A stretch of DNA of 64,000 nt, taken from contig CM121343.1 in NCBI GenBank assembly GCA_051530055.1, positions 652,389 through 716,388 on the forward strand, written 5' to 3'. Source of the stretch: Neoechinorhynchus agilis (Eukaryota > Animalia > Acanthocephala). A model generated the notes under the pieces. The model searched no databases. It had not been told where the DNA came from and worked only from the letters and a program-made list of their open reading frames with translations. Position numbers and translations under genes: made by a program. The stretch's first letter is position 1. Each line of letters opens with the position of its first letter. Positions 38,921 through 49,060 of the stretch are shown here, one piece after another.

Positions 38921-40222
38921 ATGCTGCTCACATTGTTCATCATATTTATTGTTATTAATAACCTTAACGTTATATTGGCAGCATCCAACCAAGTGAAGAC
39001 CCTTTCAATGAAACATATGAATTTTAAATTTCCTCCACTGGTCCAATTCGATGGTAAGGCCGTTCAGATAAGTGAAGGACGCAAAAACGGAAGCTTCTTA
39101 GCCCTAGTAGAAATCATAAGCCACCATAAACCGTTAAAATGGCACCTTACCTCGTCTGATCCAGCCTTCCGTCTCAACCATAAACATGGCTTAATGTGGA
39201 CACTCAATCTCAATTCCGATATGGACCGTGAACAAATTCCATTCTACAATTTTTCGATCGATGCTGTCGAGATTCCTCAAGAGCATTCAACGCAGTTACC
39301 CAACAGACTTCGAGAGAGATTATTCGTTCGCATAATGGATGTGAACGATAATGCACCGACTTTTGATAAGTCTTTGTACACAACAAGTGTAACATTGATC
39401 GATACGAACAATGATTTGTCTAATAATGATGTCTTAATTGCTCGTCTCGAAGCAAGTGATAAAGACGAAGGAGAAAATGCGAGGATTGAGTATTTGCTTG
39501 ATAACTACGATGACATTTTTCGTGTCGATCGCCGATCCGGACACGTATTTTATAGACCTTCTCTTATCCCGAATTTAGTGAAAGGAGAATCCCGTAGATT
39601 CGATGTTGTTATACGAGCTCGTGACCATGGACACCCAATTCTGTCAACTACGACAATTATGAGAATTTCCGTCCATTCAATGTCAAGCAGTCGGAATTCG
39701 AGTTCATTGGCAACAATAGGCGATCATCGTGCTAGACAAAGATTAACGGTATTGACGATCTGCGCCATCGGTGCATGTCTACTTGTGATCTTGATCGTTA
39801 TTGCTGTTGCCGGATCTGGATTTCTTTGTGCTCTATGGATAAAAAGAAAGCTCAAAAAATCGCATTCAATAGACGGTTCCGTAGATGATAGTGATACTCT
39901 ATCCAATGAAAATACTACTTTTCGAACACAAATAATCACCCCACCCATTTCCAATGGCTGCTGCATGAAGAAATTCTCCAAAAGAGGAAACTATGAACTC
40001 CAAAAATCATCTTGCTCTTCTACAACGACGGCTAAAAACGGTGTCGGGTCAAACTCAACCGCAACTTCCGCTTGCTCAACTGGTTATCTGTCCTCGGTTG
40101 TAGCTTTCAACACAAGTCCTACCGAGAACCTCAATTCAACTCATCATGATGTCGAACGAGAAACAAATACTCAAAAGGCTTCTCCAAACAAGGAAATTTA
40201 TCTAACTTCGCAAAAGGTATAA
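38921..40222 (+). CDS. Cadherin-superfamily (protocadherin-like) membrane protein with two EC repeats; may continue past a donor near 40218
   Basis: Hydrophobic leader MLLTLFIIFIVINNLNVILA; motifs MDREQ, IMDVNDNAPTF, ASDKDEGENARIEY, ARDHGHP.LS; TM segment LTVLTICAIGACLLVILIVIAVAGSGFLCALWI followed by KRK. Confidence 0.88.
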   Translation: MLLTLFIIFIVINNLNVILAASNQVKTLSMKHMNFKFPPLVQFDGKAVQISEGRKNGSFLALVEIISHHKPLKWHLTSSDPAFRLNHKHGLMWTLNLNSDMDREQIPFYNFSIDAVEIPQEHSTQLPNRLRERLFVRIMDVNDNAPTFDKSLYTTSVTLIDTNNDLSNNDVLIARLEASDKDEGENARIEYLLDNYDDIFRVDRRSGHVFYRPSLIPNLVKGESRRFDVVIRARDHGHPILSTTTIMRISVHSMSSSRNSSSLATIGDHRARQRLTVLTICAIGACLLVILIVIAVAGSGFLCALWIKRKLKKSHSIDGSVDDSDTLSNENTTFRTQIITPPISNGCCMKKFSKRGNYELQKSSCSSTTTAKNGVGSNSTATSACSTGYLSSVVAFNTSPTENLNSTHHDVERETNTQKASPNKEIYLTSQKV

Positions 40223-41741
40223 ATGAAGTTCACTTTAATTTCTCTATACACAATATTATTTACTTTTCGAGCAACTGACGAGTTCTGTAATTTCATGTTT
40301 TAAGTAACAACCTTTTTGTGTTTGTTGCTTCAGTGTCATTTTAAAACCAAATTTTTTTATTATAATATTCGCAAATCACTCAAGGATTATTTTGAATCGT
40401 CAAAATTCGCGTAGGTGTCAAATGAACGTACTTTGTGCGTCAACCAGTCAAAGTCTAGACAGCTCTTTCAGTTTTGACGGATTTCATGCCACCAATCTAG
40501 CGCTTGGATTATTCACTTCTTTCCTTTTGTCATCGCCAATATAAATGGCTTACTCTAAAGATCATTTAGAAATCACCATACATCCCAAACACAAAAAGGC
40601 AAACCCCAACTGAGACAACTTTCCCTAGACAATATAAAGGGAAATGCTATCAATTACAAAAGCAACGAAAAGATCAAATTAAGATGACCAGTAGAAACAA
40701 GCTCGATAATATGGTATGTAAATATAAGACTCATCTATTTGCTCAATGATCACAGCAGCATTCAGGATTATTTGTAAAAACGGACACACTAATCAGTCCT
40801 ACTGATAATGGATACTTTTGTAATGATATATCGCATGTATCGTCGCCTGTTGACTCTTGTGCCACTTCTACATCCATCAATGTACTGGTGCGATCGGCGA
40901 TGATCCCAAGTTTTCCAATCATCTCCACACTAGGACGAAATGAAAGGGCATCGCCCACTATATTGCATCAATCAAAAGAGCAGCCTAAAGGATGTTCCGC
41001 ATCATTTGTGTGAATGATTAATCTATTCTGGAGGAAATGGAAACGAATTTAAAGAAATGTATATCCTAACTTCAGGGAAAGATCTTGTTCGTAATTTGAG
41101 CGACGTCGTGAATGTTCTTAATGGACCATTGAATCCATTTATGTCGACCTTCTTCAAGGCATATCCTCCGTGAATCGACTTTATGTACATTTGAAGGAAA
41201 ATGCCGTTAGGCAATATAGCATTTCTGGCGCAATCCCCGAGGCACCATTATTCAATAAAGAAGCGCCCGTGTCGCGCAATCATGCTGCTTGTATTCATAT
41301 TTAAAAGTCGAGACAAATGCACTCTTAAGATTCTGTTTAAAAATGATTTAAGGACTCAGGCGATAGGCAGTATGCAGAGGACCTTAAACCTCGAAGCTAT
41401 TTACCTGAGTTTCTTGCAAGCTTAAAGCATCTCAAATTGATAAAGTTGTTCGAGGTGGTCCATTTCCATGGTACTTAAAATCTGGGAATTTCATCTAGAT
41501 TTAATGGTTCTGGTATCTTTAATCTGATAAAAAAGTTCGATGTTGAACAATTCATGTGTAGCTCTCCTTGTAAAACGAACATACAAAACATCCACCCAAA
41601 TCAATGAAGTCGCTTCATTAGTGCTCTTTGCGAACCCCTCAATGCATGTAAGAAAAAATACATTGAATTTCATCTTTCTCATCGAAGCCATCATTATTCG
41701 CTAAAAATCTATTTACGATCTTATAGCATTTTTATGGGTAG

Positions 41742-41874
41742 CTCAGCCGGTAGTCTCTTTTTGGTAGATATTTTATTATTCCATACACGGCCGAATGGTT
41801 AGTGGACCGTATATCCATTATTCGGCCGTGTATGGAATAATAAAATATCTACCAAAAAGAGACTACCGGCTGAG
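41742..41874. mobile_element. 133-bp palindromic MITE-like element with perfect 55-bp arms
   Basis: 41742-41796 is the exact reverse complement of 41820-41874. Confidence 0.88.
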
Positions 41875-41932
41875 TCCCTCACGGAAAGCTTATGCATTCT
41901 AAAATGACAATGTTTGTAGATTCCATAGTGTG

Positions 41933-42220
41933 ATGGGGTCCAGTGGCCGTGTGGTGTGCGCGTTCACAATACGCTCGATATCTCGATGGTTCAACGCCAC
42001 CGGTCGCTGGCTTCCACGAGTGTGCGAGGCTGCTGGAAGGGGTGGGGTCAGGTTTGAGATCGCCCATCGGCCCCAAAAGGGGGTTGGCCCTGTCCCTTCG
42101 AGTGCGGCTAAGTGCATCCGATGTGTGCAAGTCAGCCGAAAGGCTCCCAAAAAAGGAATATAGCCGAGAGCTTCAAAAGAAGATGCCGTAAGACCCTGAG
42201 TGTATGCGAACCAAAAACTG
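41933..42220 (+). mobile_element. tRNA-headed SINE-like repeat, left copy
   Basis: A-box-like TGGCCGTGTGG 41944-41954 and B box GGTTCAACGCC 41988-41998 at tRNA-like spacing; GC-rich body repeated in inverted orientation at 42506-42762. Confidence 0.65.
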
Positions 42221-42325
42221 TTTGAGACATAGTGCGCTGAGGTGGTCAAGTGGACTAATCTTAAAGATCCCAGTTTGGGTCAACGGGTTAGTATCCGATA
42301 CCGCCAATGACGCACGGCCAAAGGA

Positions 42326-42394
42326 GGACGAAATACCTCGATGAAGGGAAGAGGAAACTCACTGATGAGTCCGGCCTCCTCGGGAGGTATCTGA
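42326..42394 (+). ncRNA. Putative hammerhead ribozyme with non-canonical strand order; predicted cleavage 3' of C42391
   Basis: ggac(42326-29)-GAAA(30-33)-tacctc(34-39); tca(59-61)-CTGATGA(62-68)-gtcc(69-72); gaggta(84-89)-TC(90-91)-tga(92-94). Stems II (4 bp), III (6 bp plus core A-U) and I (3 bp) all pair against the invariant core. Confidence 0.7.
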
Positions 42395-42505
42395 AGATCC
42401 GAAGGGATGCGTACAAACTTACAGACGTACGGTCTTGGGGCATTGAGCGCAGACCAGCGCTTCCCAGACCGAAATCGGTGGACTCATACAGTTCAGTTTT
42501 TCAGG

Positions 42506-42762
42506 CAGTTTTTGGTTCGCATACACTCAGGGTCTTACGACATCTTCTTTTGAGCCTCTCGGCTATATTCCTTTGGGAGCCTTTCGGCTGACTTGCACAC
42601 AGCGGAGGCGCTTGGCCGCACTCGAAGGGACATGGCCAACCCCCTTTTAGGGCCGATGGGTGATCTCAAACCTGACCCCCACCCTTCCAGCAGCCTCGCG
42701 GTGGAACCCAGCGACCAATCATGCGCATTTTGAACGCGCACCACTCGGCCACTAGGCCCCAT
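42506..42762 (-). mobile_element. tRNA-headed SINE-like repeat, right (convergent) copy; B box deleted
   Basis: Minus-strand A box TGGCCGAGTGG at 42751-42741; body is the reverse complement of 41933-42220 with substitutions and indels. Confidence 0.65.
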
Positions 42763-43261
42763 CGGTTGACGCTGTGTCCATTATTCGGCCGTGTATGGAA
42801 TAATAAAATATCTATCCATCTACGATCGTTTTCACCTACATATTTCCATTGTAAAACGCTATAAAGTCTCATAAAAGCAAAACTTAAAGCAACAAGGAAT
42901 GTACGCCGGAATAAAAATCCATATTTCAATTAAGTTCATAATTTCCTTCAAAAGTGCACGAAAACAACGTCCTTTTAGACAATTCTTTTAAGAAAATAAT
43001 ATCACAGAGCCGAATCAAATTAAATTAAAAGTGGTCAGATTATCGTAGGATATATAATTCCAAATTCATAAATGACTCTCTCACGTGCCCACCTCTATCC
43101 TTCTCGGCTCATTTGCATGCCTAATAAAAAGGTGAAAATTGTGATAGCATTGATTGTTTTATAAAAATTAAGATTAAAGATATATTGGAATTTACTGGCA
43201 TCTAACATGCATTTCTTAACAGTCTTAAAATGGGTACCCGTTTACTCGAATTTTCCTTCGA

Positions 43262-43355
43262 AAACAATACTTGAGAAGGAGGCTGAAGCCTTGAAAATTC
43301 GCAATGAAGATTTCAATAATAAAGCTCGAGTGTGTAACAATTCGCCATTGGGAAT
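43262..43355 (-). mobile_element. Partial copy of the 53.7-kb MITE
   Basis: aacaatacttgagaagg...ccttgaaaattcgc...ctcgagtgtgtaacaattcgccattg matches the reverse complement of the spacer and left arm of 53702-53846. Confidence 0.7.
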
Positions 43356-44182
43356 ACAAAAATAAAGATTGGAGATTTATTAGAATTTACTGGCACCCAA
43401 CGTATACAAGTCCCTGAAATTTTTTCGTTTCTTAACAAGTCCATTTGTTAGAAGTCTTAAAATGGGCATTCGTTTATAACGGTGGTTTCAGTTAATCAGT
43501 GCCAGAAATTAAATGTCGACGTTAGTAAAGATTTTTCGGGTCCTTTAGATTACAAAATCGCACACTCGCTGGCATTCAATTTTATGTGCCCGTTAAACGG
43601 ACCTTTTATGTTTTGCCCAAACTGCTAAAGTAATTGGAATGCTACATCTAGCAATTAAAGTTTTTCGGATGAAGAATCATTTTCAGCAAGTCTCCTGCTC
43701 CTATGGATTTTGAAGAATCTTTGATCACGATAATTTTTAGTGCAACAGGAGACAGAAGTAATCTTTTAAAGATGCATAGTTTGCAGATTGTAAAGCATTC
43801 TGCAGCCTAGAAAAGCGTCGATTAAGCATAATGGATATGATTTCTCTAAATAAATAGACTTAAAGTTTGAGTTTATTACTATTGATGAGAATAACACGTT
43901 TATGATTGATTGAAAGTGCCATTTTGTGCTTACTTTGACTTTTATTTGACTTAATCGATCAAAGAACAGTTTTTTAGTGCTGTTCACATGTCTATTTGAA
44001 TATCTTGATAAATGTATCAAATAGAACAAATTGCCACAACTCCCCTTGGTTATTTGGCCTTTTAATGAAATTTTTTTAACTCGATCGACCGCCATCGGAT
44101 CTTGCAATCCCAAAAAGGGTGAAAATTTCCAATAGTCACAAAATTACATCAGTGTTTAATTGGTAACTAATTGCGCCCTGGA

Positions 44183-44931
44183 TCATATCATTGTGCCATC
44201 TTGGATGTAAGTGGAGTATTTTACTGCTCTTTTTCTTTTATAAATGCCTTGATCATAACCATCCTTCATATTATTCCGTCTTCGAGGTGTATCCATGGTT
44301 ATGGCTTGATGTTGCTTTGAAAGGCGGGTAGAGCAACGTCTTAAATCGACGAAACAATCATCGAGAGCGTAGATTTGATTTGAATGATATCCATTTGATT
44401 GGCTGCCCGAAAGTTTATTTGTGATGATTGGCTTAGAGCTTAGCTGATTGCTTAAGGATGCGCATGTTGCATTCATCCTGTGTTGACCTAGAAATGATCG
44501 ATACAAATAAGTACAGTGCCATTTCAACTAACATTACCATCTTGAATAAACTGTTTATTAATTCCAATTCGATTTTTCTTAAACCACATATATCCTTGAT
44601 AAGAAATGACAAGCATTTCAATTTGTTTGGCGTTGATTGACCGTTGTTTCAGTAGCTCAACCATATCGAAGAACTTAAGTTCCTCTACGTTTGTGCCGTC
44701 AATCTCAATTACAAAATCACCTTCCTTAAGACCAGCTCTGTGAGATGGAGAGCCAGGTTCGATTCGAAGTATAAAGTGTCCTTTCCCTGACGATGCCTTT
44801 GCGGCCACATATGCGCCAATGCCATTGAATCGATCATTTGGCTCGACGATAACTATCCGTGGTTCATCAACACTGCATGATAGGAACACTAAGCGCGGAC
44901 AAATATTGTATGATTTGTTCAAAAAATCCAA
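44183..44931 (-). CDS. PDZ-domain protein, NHERF/PDZK1-like; last two exons of a longer gene
   Basis: PRIVIV...GIGAYV...GHFILRIEPGSPSHRAGLKEGDFVIEIDGTNVE...MVELLK...MLVIS..GYMWF fits a NHERF-type PDZ; gtaatg...ctag intron joins to GQHRMNATC...GTMI*. Confidence 0.8.
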
Positions 44932-45418
44932 TAACTCTTATGATATTGTTGATAAACCAAAATCTACTTACTTCCGCCCATGTATAGATCATCCAAGGAC
45001 AATGACCGAAACCTTTTTGGATTGAACATTCGTGAGATCAATGGATATCCGAAAAATCCCTGAGCATCTTGTATTGCTAAAAAGTATCGTTAAAATACTA
45101 AAATGCATTTATTTCATGTTTATATTCAAAGTGTACGTTATTTTTTGTATTAAAAAGAAGCCGGAATCGGAACAATAAGTGGAATGTGCTGTCCTGAATT
45201 AACTGATTTGTTCTATTCGGACTTAATATCATAAGATTTACAAATAGGAAAAAGCAATTTGAAGATTAAGTAAATTTAGTTGAATATCCTACAGTAAAGC
45301 GGTCCTCTAACTCGCAAATGTAAGATGTAAGAGAGGTCGTATATATCTCATTTAGCTGAAATTTGATACATCAATCCCTTCATCATTGGGAAAATAAATT
45401 TAAATAAATTGGAGATAT

Positions 45419-45528
45419 GGTGCTCATAATCTTGATGGAAAATATTTTATTGAATCGAGATCTTTCGCGAGGTGAATCTCCTTCACGGAATATTTTAATA
45501 AAATATGTGCGGTTGGATTATGAGCACC
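45419..45528. mobile_element. Degenerate about 110-bp palindromic MITE
   Basis: ggtgctcataatc ... gattatgagcacc terminal inverted repeat plus inner atattttatt/aataaaatat pair. Confidence 0.55.
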
Positions 45529-45919
45529 TCATCTCTATCATTTCGAAGGATATTCTCTTGATGATTAAATTAAATCATTGACAGAGAAAATCCTTTGAGT
45601 TAGTCAAAGTGTACTTCTGGTGAAAATAATCCCCCCGTTCATAACCTATTTGATTTATAGGGGAAATATTTCGAAGGAGGTAACCTAGCCTCCTGAATCG
45701 TTGCTGGTAAGTTTTTAAATATGTGAAACTCACGTTATAACCTGGATTATTTTCACCATTTGAAACCACCGGTTGTTGAAGAATAGTAAGGCAGCCTTAA
45801 AGCTAAACTCTTAAACCCAACCCATTATTTTCTCTTTTATATTGATGATTATTTTCAATGATTCTGATAGAAACTTGGGTTGGTTATTTTGATACAAACG
45901 ATGTAATATCTAAACTTAC

Positions 45920-46681
45920 TGGGCAATCGTCCTCTATTTGTTGATGTGGACCGAGCCACGTTTTTTAGTTTTGTGCCAGCATAGGCAATAATTGCATTGT
46001 TTTGATTTATTAGCTCCTTGATCGATTCCAATTCAAGAAATATTTTGGACATAATGTCAGAATTCCTAGAAAGAAGACAATGTTTACAGCAATTCTCCTT
46101 AAGTTCAACTTCATTGAGCGTAAAATTGAGGAGATTTTGCGGAAAATGCAATGTAGATAATGATGGTGTGCTGGTTAAGGATTTGATTGAGTTTCCATCA
46201 GAGGACTCAAATTGATTGTGTTGATCATCGATTTTATAATGTATTGAACTGCTTGGTACGGAAGTTGGGCGTTGTGTCATTTTCGTCTGATCTACGTTTG
46301 CAGCACCTATTCCGTTACTTGAGCAGCTCCTGTTGTCTTGAACGTCAAAAAGGTTAATCGCGGAGCGATGTTCTATGAGATCATCGACTACACAGAAACG
46401 AACACTATCAAGCGCTCTCGTAGACGCCAGGGTGAATTCTCGATTAAGAGCCGGTCCGCCGTTAGCCTGCCATTGATCAAAATTTGTCATCCTCAATCGC
46501 CTGAGACTGTCTTGACTAATAGGAATCCCCGTTTCATAATAACAAGTCCTGGTCATATGCTTCATCAAATCACGAAAATTCGGATCCATTGTCGCTCCGG
46601 AACCGCAACCGCCGCCGCCGCCGCCCCCGGTAGCCGAACCGTTGTCGTCTTCGTCGTCAGTCTCGCTATTGCGACTGCCGC
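45920..46681 (-). CDS. Large coding exon (acidic, poly-Gly, Ser-rich, coiled-coil segment), probably upstream exon of the PDZ gene
   Basis: About 760-bp open frame bounded by a tttag acceptor at 46682 and a gtaagt donor at 45919; linkage to the PDZ exons is inferred from orientation only. Confidence 0.55.
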
Positions 46682-47194
46682 CTAAAGCACTTGTGTACAG
46701 TTTGCACATTGTTCAAGTGGCACGAATGCCCCAGACGGCGAAATGAACAAATACCGAATTCTTTTGAGTTGTAGCCCAAGTCTCAATCTGAACGATAAAT
46801 GTTCAAAAAAAATGAAAAAAAAAGTATCCAGAGGAGGGTCGCTATTTTTGACGAATCTCCTGTCGAATGTAGCAGTAATCTTAAAATATTTTGCAGGAGC
46901 ATCGATTCCGCTCCCCACCACCACCACCACCACCGCCACCATTCAACCCTTATGAGCTTTTGCGCCGCGTTTCTGTATACTTGTGATACGTTGGCCCCCT
47001 GGCAAAACACGTTCGCAACTATTCTATCCTGACAGTCCTCGCGTCTTAATCCGCATCAACCCATACAGCCACATATGCTCCCTATGAGAAATTGATGGAT
47101 TCCTACACGCGTTGAATGATAAATGGCAGTAAAAATAAATCAAATGGGGTTTTATGTAGCCACAAATCGACGATACTCTTCTATTAGCCAGACT

Positions 47195-49060
47195 CCTGCA
47201 CAATGATGTCTGATGCAATCGAAAGGAATCAACAGAAAAAGTATAGTTCTCGGTCAATATGGACCTTACGAGTATTGGATCTTTATCGATTATATTAGTC
47301 ATTGTGACGGAGAAAAACAATTTCAATATTCGGAAAATGGGAACAAAACCTGCACGATGATGTCTGATGCAATCGAAAGGAATCAACAGAAAAAGTATAG
47401 TTCTCGGTCAATATGGACTTACGAGTATTGGATCTTTATCGATTATATTAGTCATTGTGACGGAGAAAAACAATTTCAATATTTGGAAAATGGGAACAAA
47501 ACCTGCACGATGATGTCTGATGCAATCGAAAGGAATCAACAGAAAAAGTATAGTTCTCGGTCAATATGGACCTTACGAGTATTGGATCTTTATCGATTAT
47601 ATTAGTCATTGTGACGGAGAAAAACAATTTCAATATTTGGAAAATGGGAACAAAACCTGCACGATGATGTCTGATGCAATCGAAAGGAATCAACAGAAAA
47701 AGTATAGTTCTCGGTCAATATGGACCTTACGAGTATTGGATCTTTATCGATTATATTAGTCATTGTGACGGAGAAAAACAATTTCAATATTTGGAAAATG
47801 GGAACAAAACCTGCACGATGATGTCTGATGCAATTCCCTAAATATAAATGAAATTTACACGAGTATTGGATCTTTATCGATTATATTAGTCATCGTGACG
47901 GAGAAAAACAATTTCAATATTTGGAAAATGGGAACAAAACCTGCACGATGATGTCTGATGCAATTCCCTAAATATAAATGAAAAATTTACACGAGTATTG
48001 GATCTCTATCGATTATATTAGTCATTGTGACGGAGAAAAACAATTTCAATATTTGGAAAATGGGAACAAAACCTGCACGATGATGTCTGATACAATTCCC
48101 TAAATATAAATGAAAAATTTACACGAGTATTGGATCTCTATCGATATATTAGTCATTGTGACGGAGAAAAAAATCAATATTTGGAAAATGGGAACAAAAC
48201 CTGCACGATGATGTCTGATGCAATCGAAAGGAATCAACAGAAAAAGTATAGTTCTCGGTCAATATGGACCTTACGAGTATTGGATCTTTATCGATTATAT
48301 TAGTCATCGTGACGGAGAAAAACAATTTCAATATTCGGAAAATGGGAACAAAACCTGCACGATGAGGTCTGATGCAATTCCCTAAATATAAATGAAAAAT
48401 TTACACGAGTATTGGATCTTTATCGATTATATTAGTCATCGTGACGGAGAAAAACAATTTCAATATTCGGAAAATGGGAACAAAACCTGCACGATGATGT
48501 CTGATGCAATCGAAAGGAATCAACAGAAAAAGTATAGTTCTCGGTCAATATGGACCTTACGAGTATTGGATCTTTATCGATTATATTAGTCATTGTGACG
48601 GAGAAAAACAATTTCAATATTTGGAAAATGGGAACAAAACCTGCACGATGATGTCTGATGCAATTCCCTAAATATAAATGAAAAATTGACACGAGTATTG
48701 GATCTCTATCGATATATTAGTCATTGTGACGGAGAAAAAAAATCAATATTTGGAAAATGGGAACAAAACCTGCACGATGATGTCTGATGCAATCGAAAGG
48801 AATCAACAGAAAAAGTATAGTTCTCGGTCAATATGGACCTTACGAGTATTGGATCTTTATCGATTATATTAGTCATTGTGACGGAGAAAAGCAATTTCAA
48901 TATTTGGAAAATAGGAACAAAACCTGCACGATGAGGTCTGATACAATTCCCTAAATATAAATGAAAAATTTACACGAGTATTGGATCTCAATCGATTATA
49001 TTAGTCATCACGACGGAGAAAAACATAAAATTTGAATATTCGGAAACTGGGAACAATTAT
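47195..49060. repeat. Composite satellite with a 154-bp (A) and an about 130-bp (B) monomer; order AAAABBBABABAB
   Basis: atga(t/g)gtctgat anchors at 47203, 47357, 47510, 47664, 47818, 47948, 48080, 48208, 48362, 48494, 48648, 48777, 48931. Confidence 0.96.

Noticed and set aside
40743-41694. Possible multi-exon minus-strand gene from three short ORFs
   Set aside because: No consistent splice path or recognisable domain could be established.
41933-42010. Functional tRNA gene
   Set aside because: A and B boxes are present but acceptor and anticodon stems do not close and no terminator follows; treated as a SINE head.
42373-42400. HDV-like ribozyme reading of the cctcctcg motif
   Set aside because: It resembles the P3/L3 loop, but there is no G at the P1 start, no GG for P1.1 after P1' and no convincing J4/2-P2'; the hammerhead reading explains far more nucleotides.
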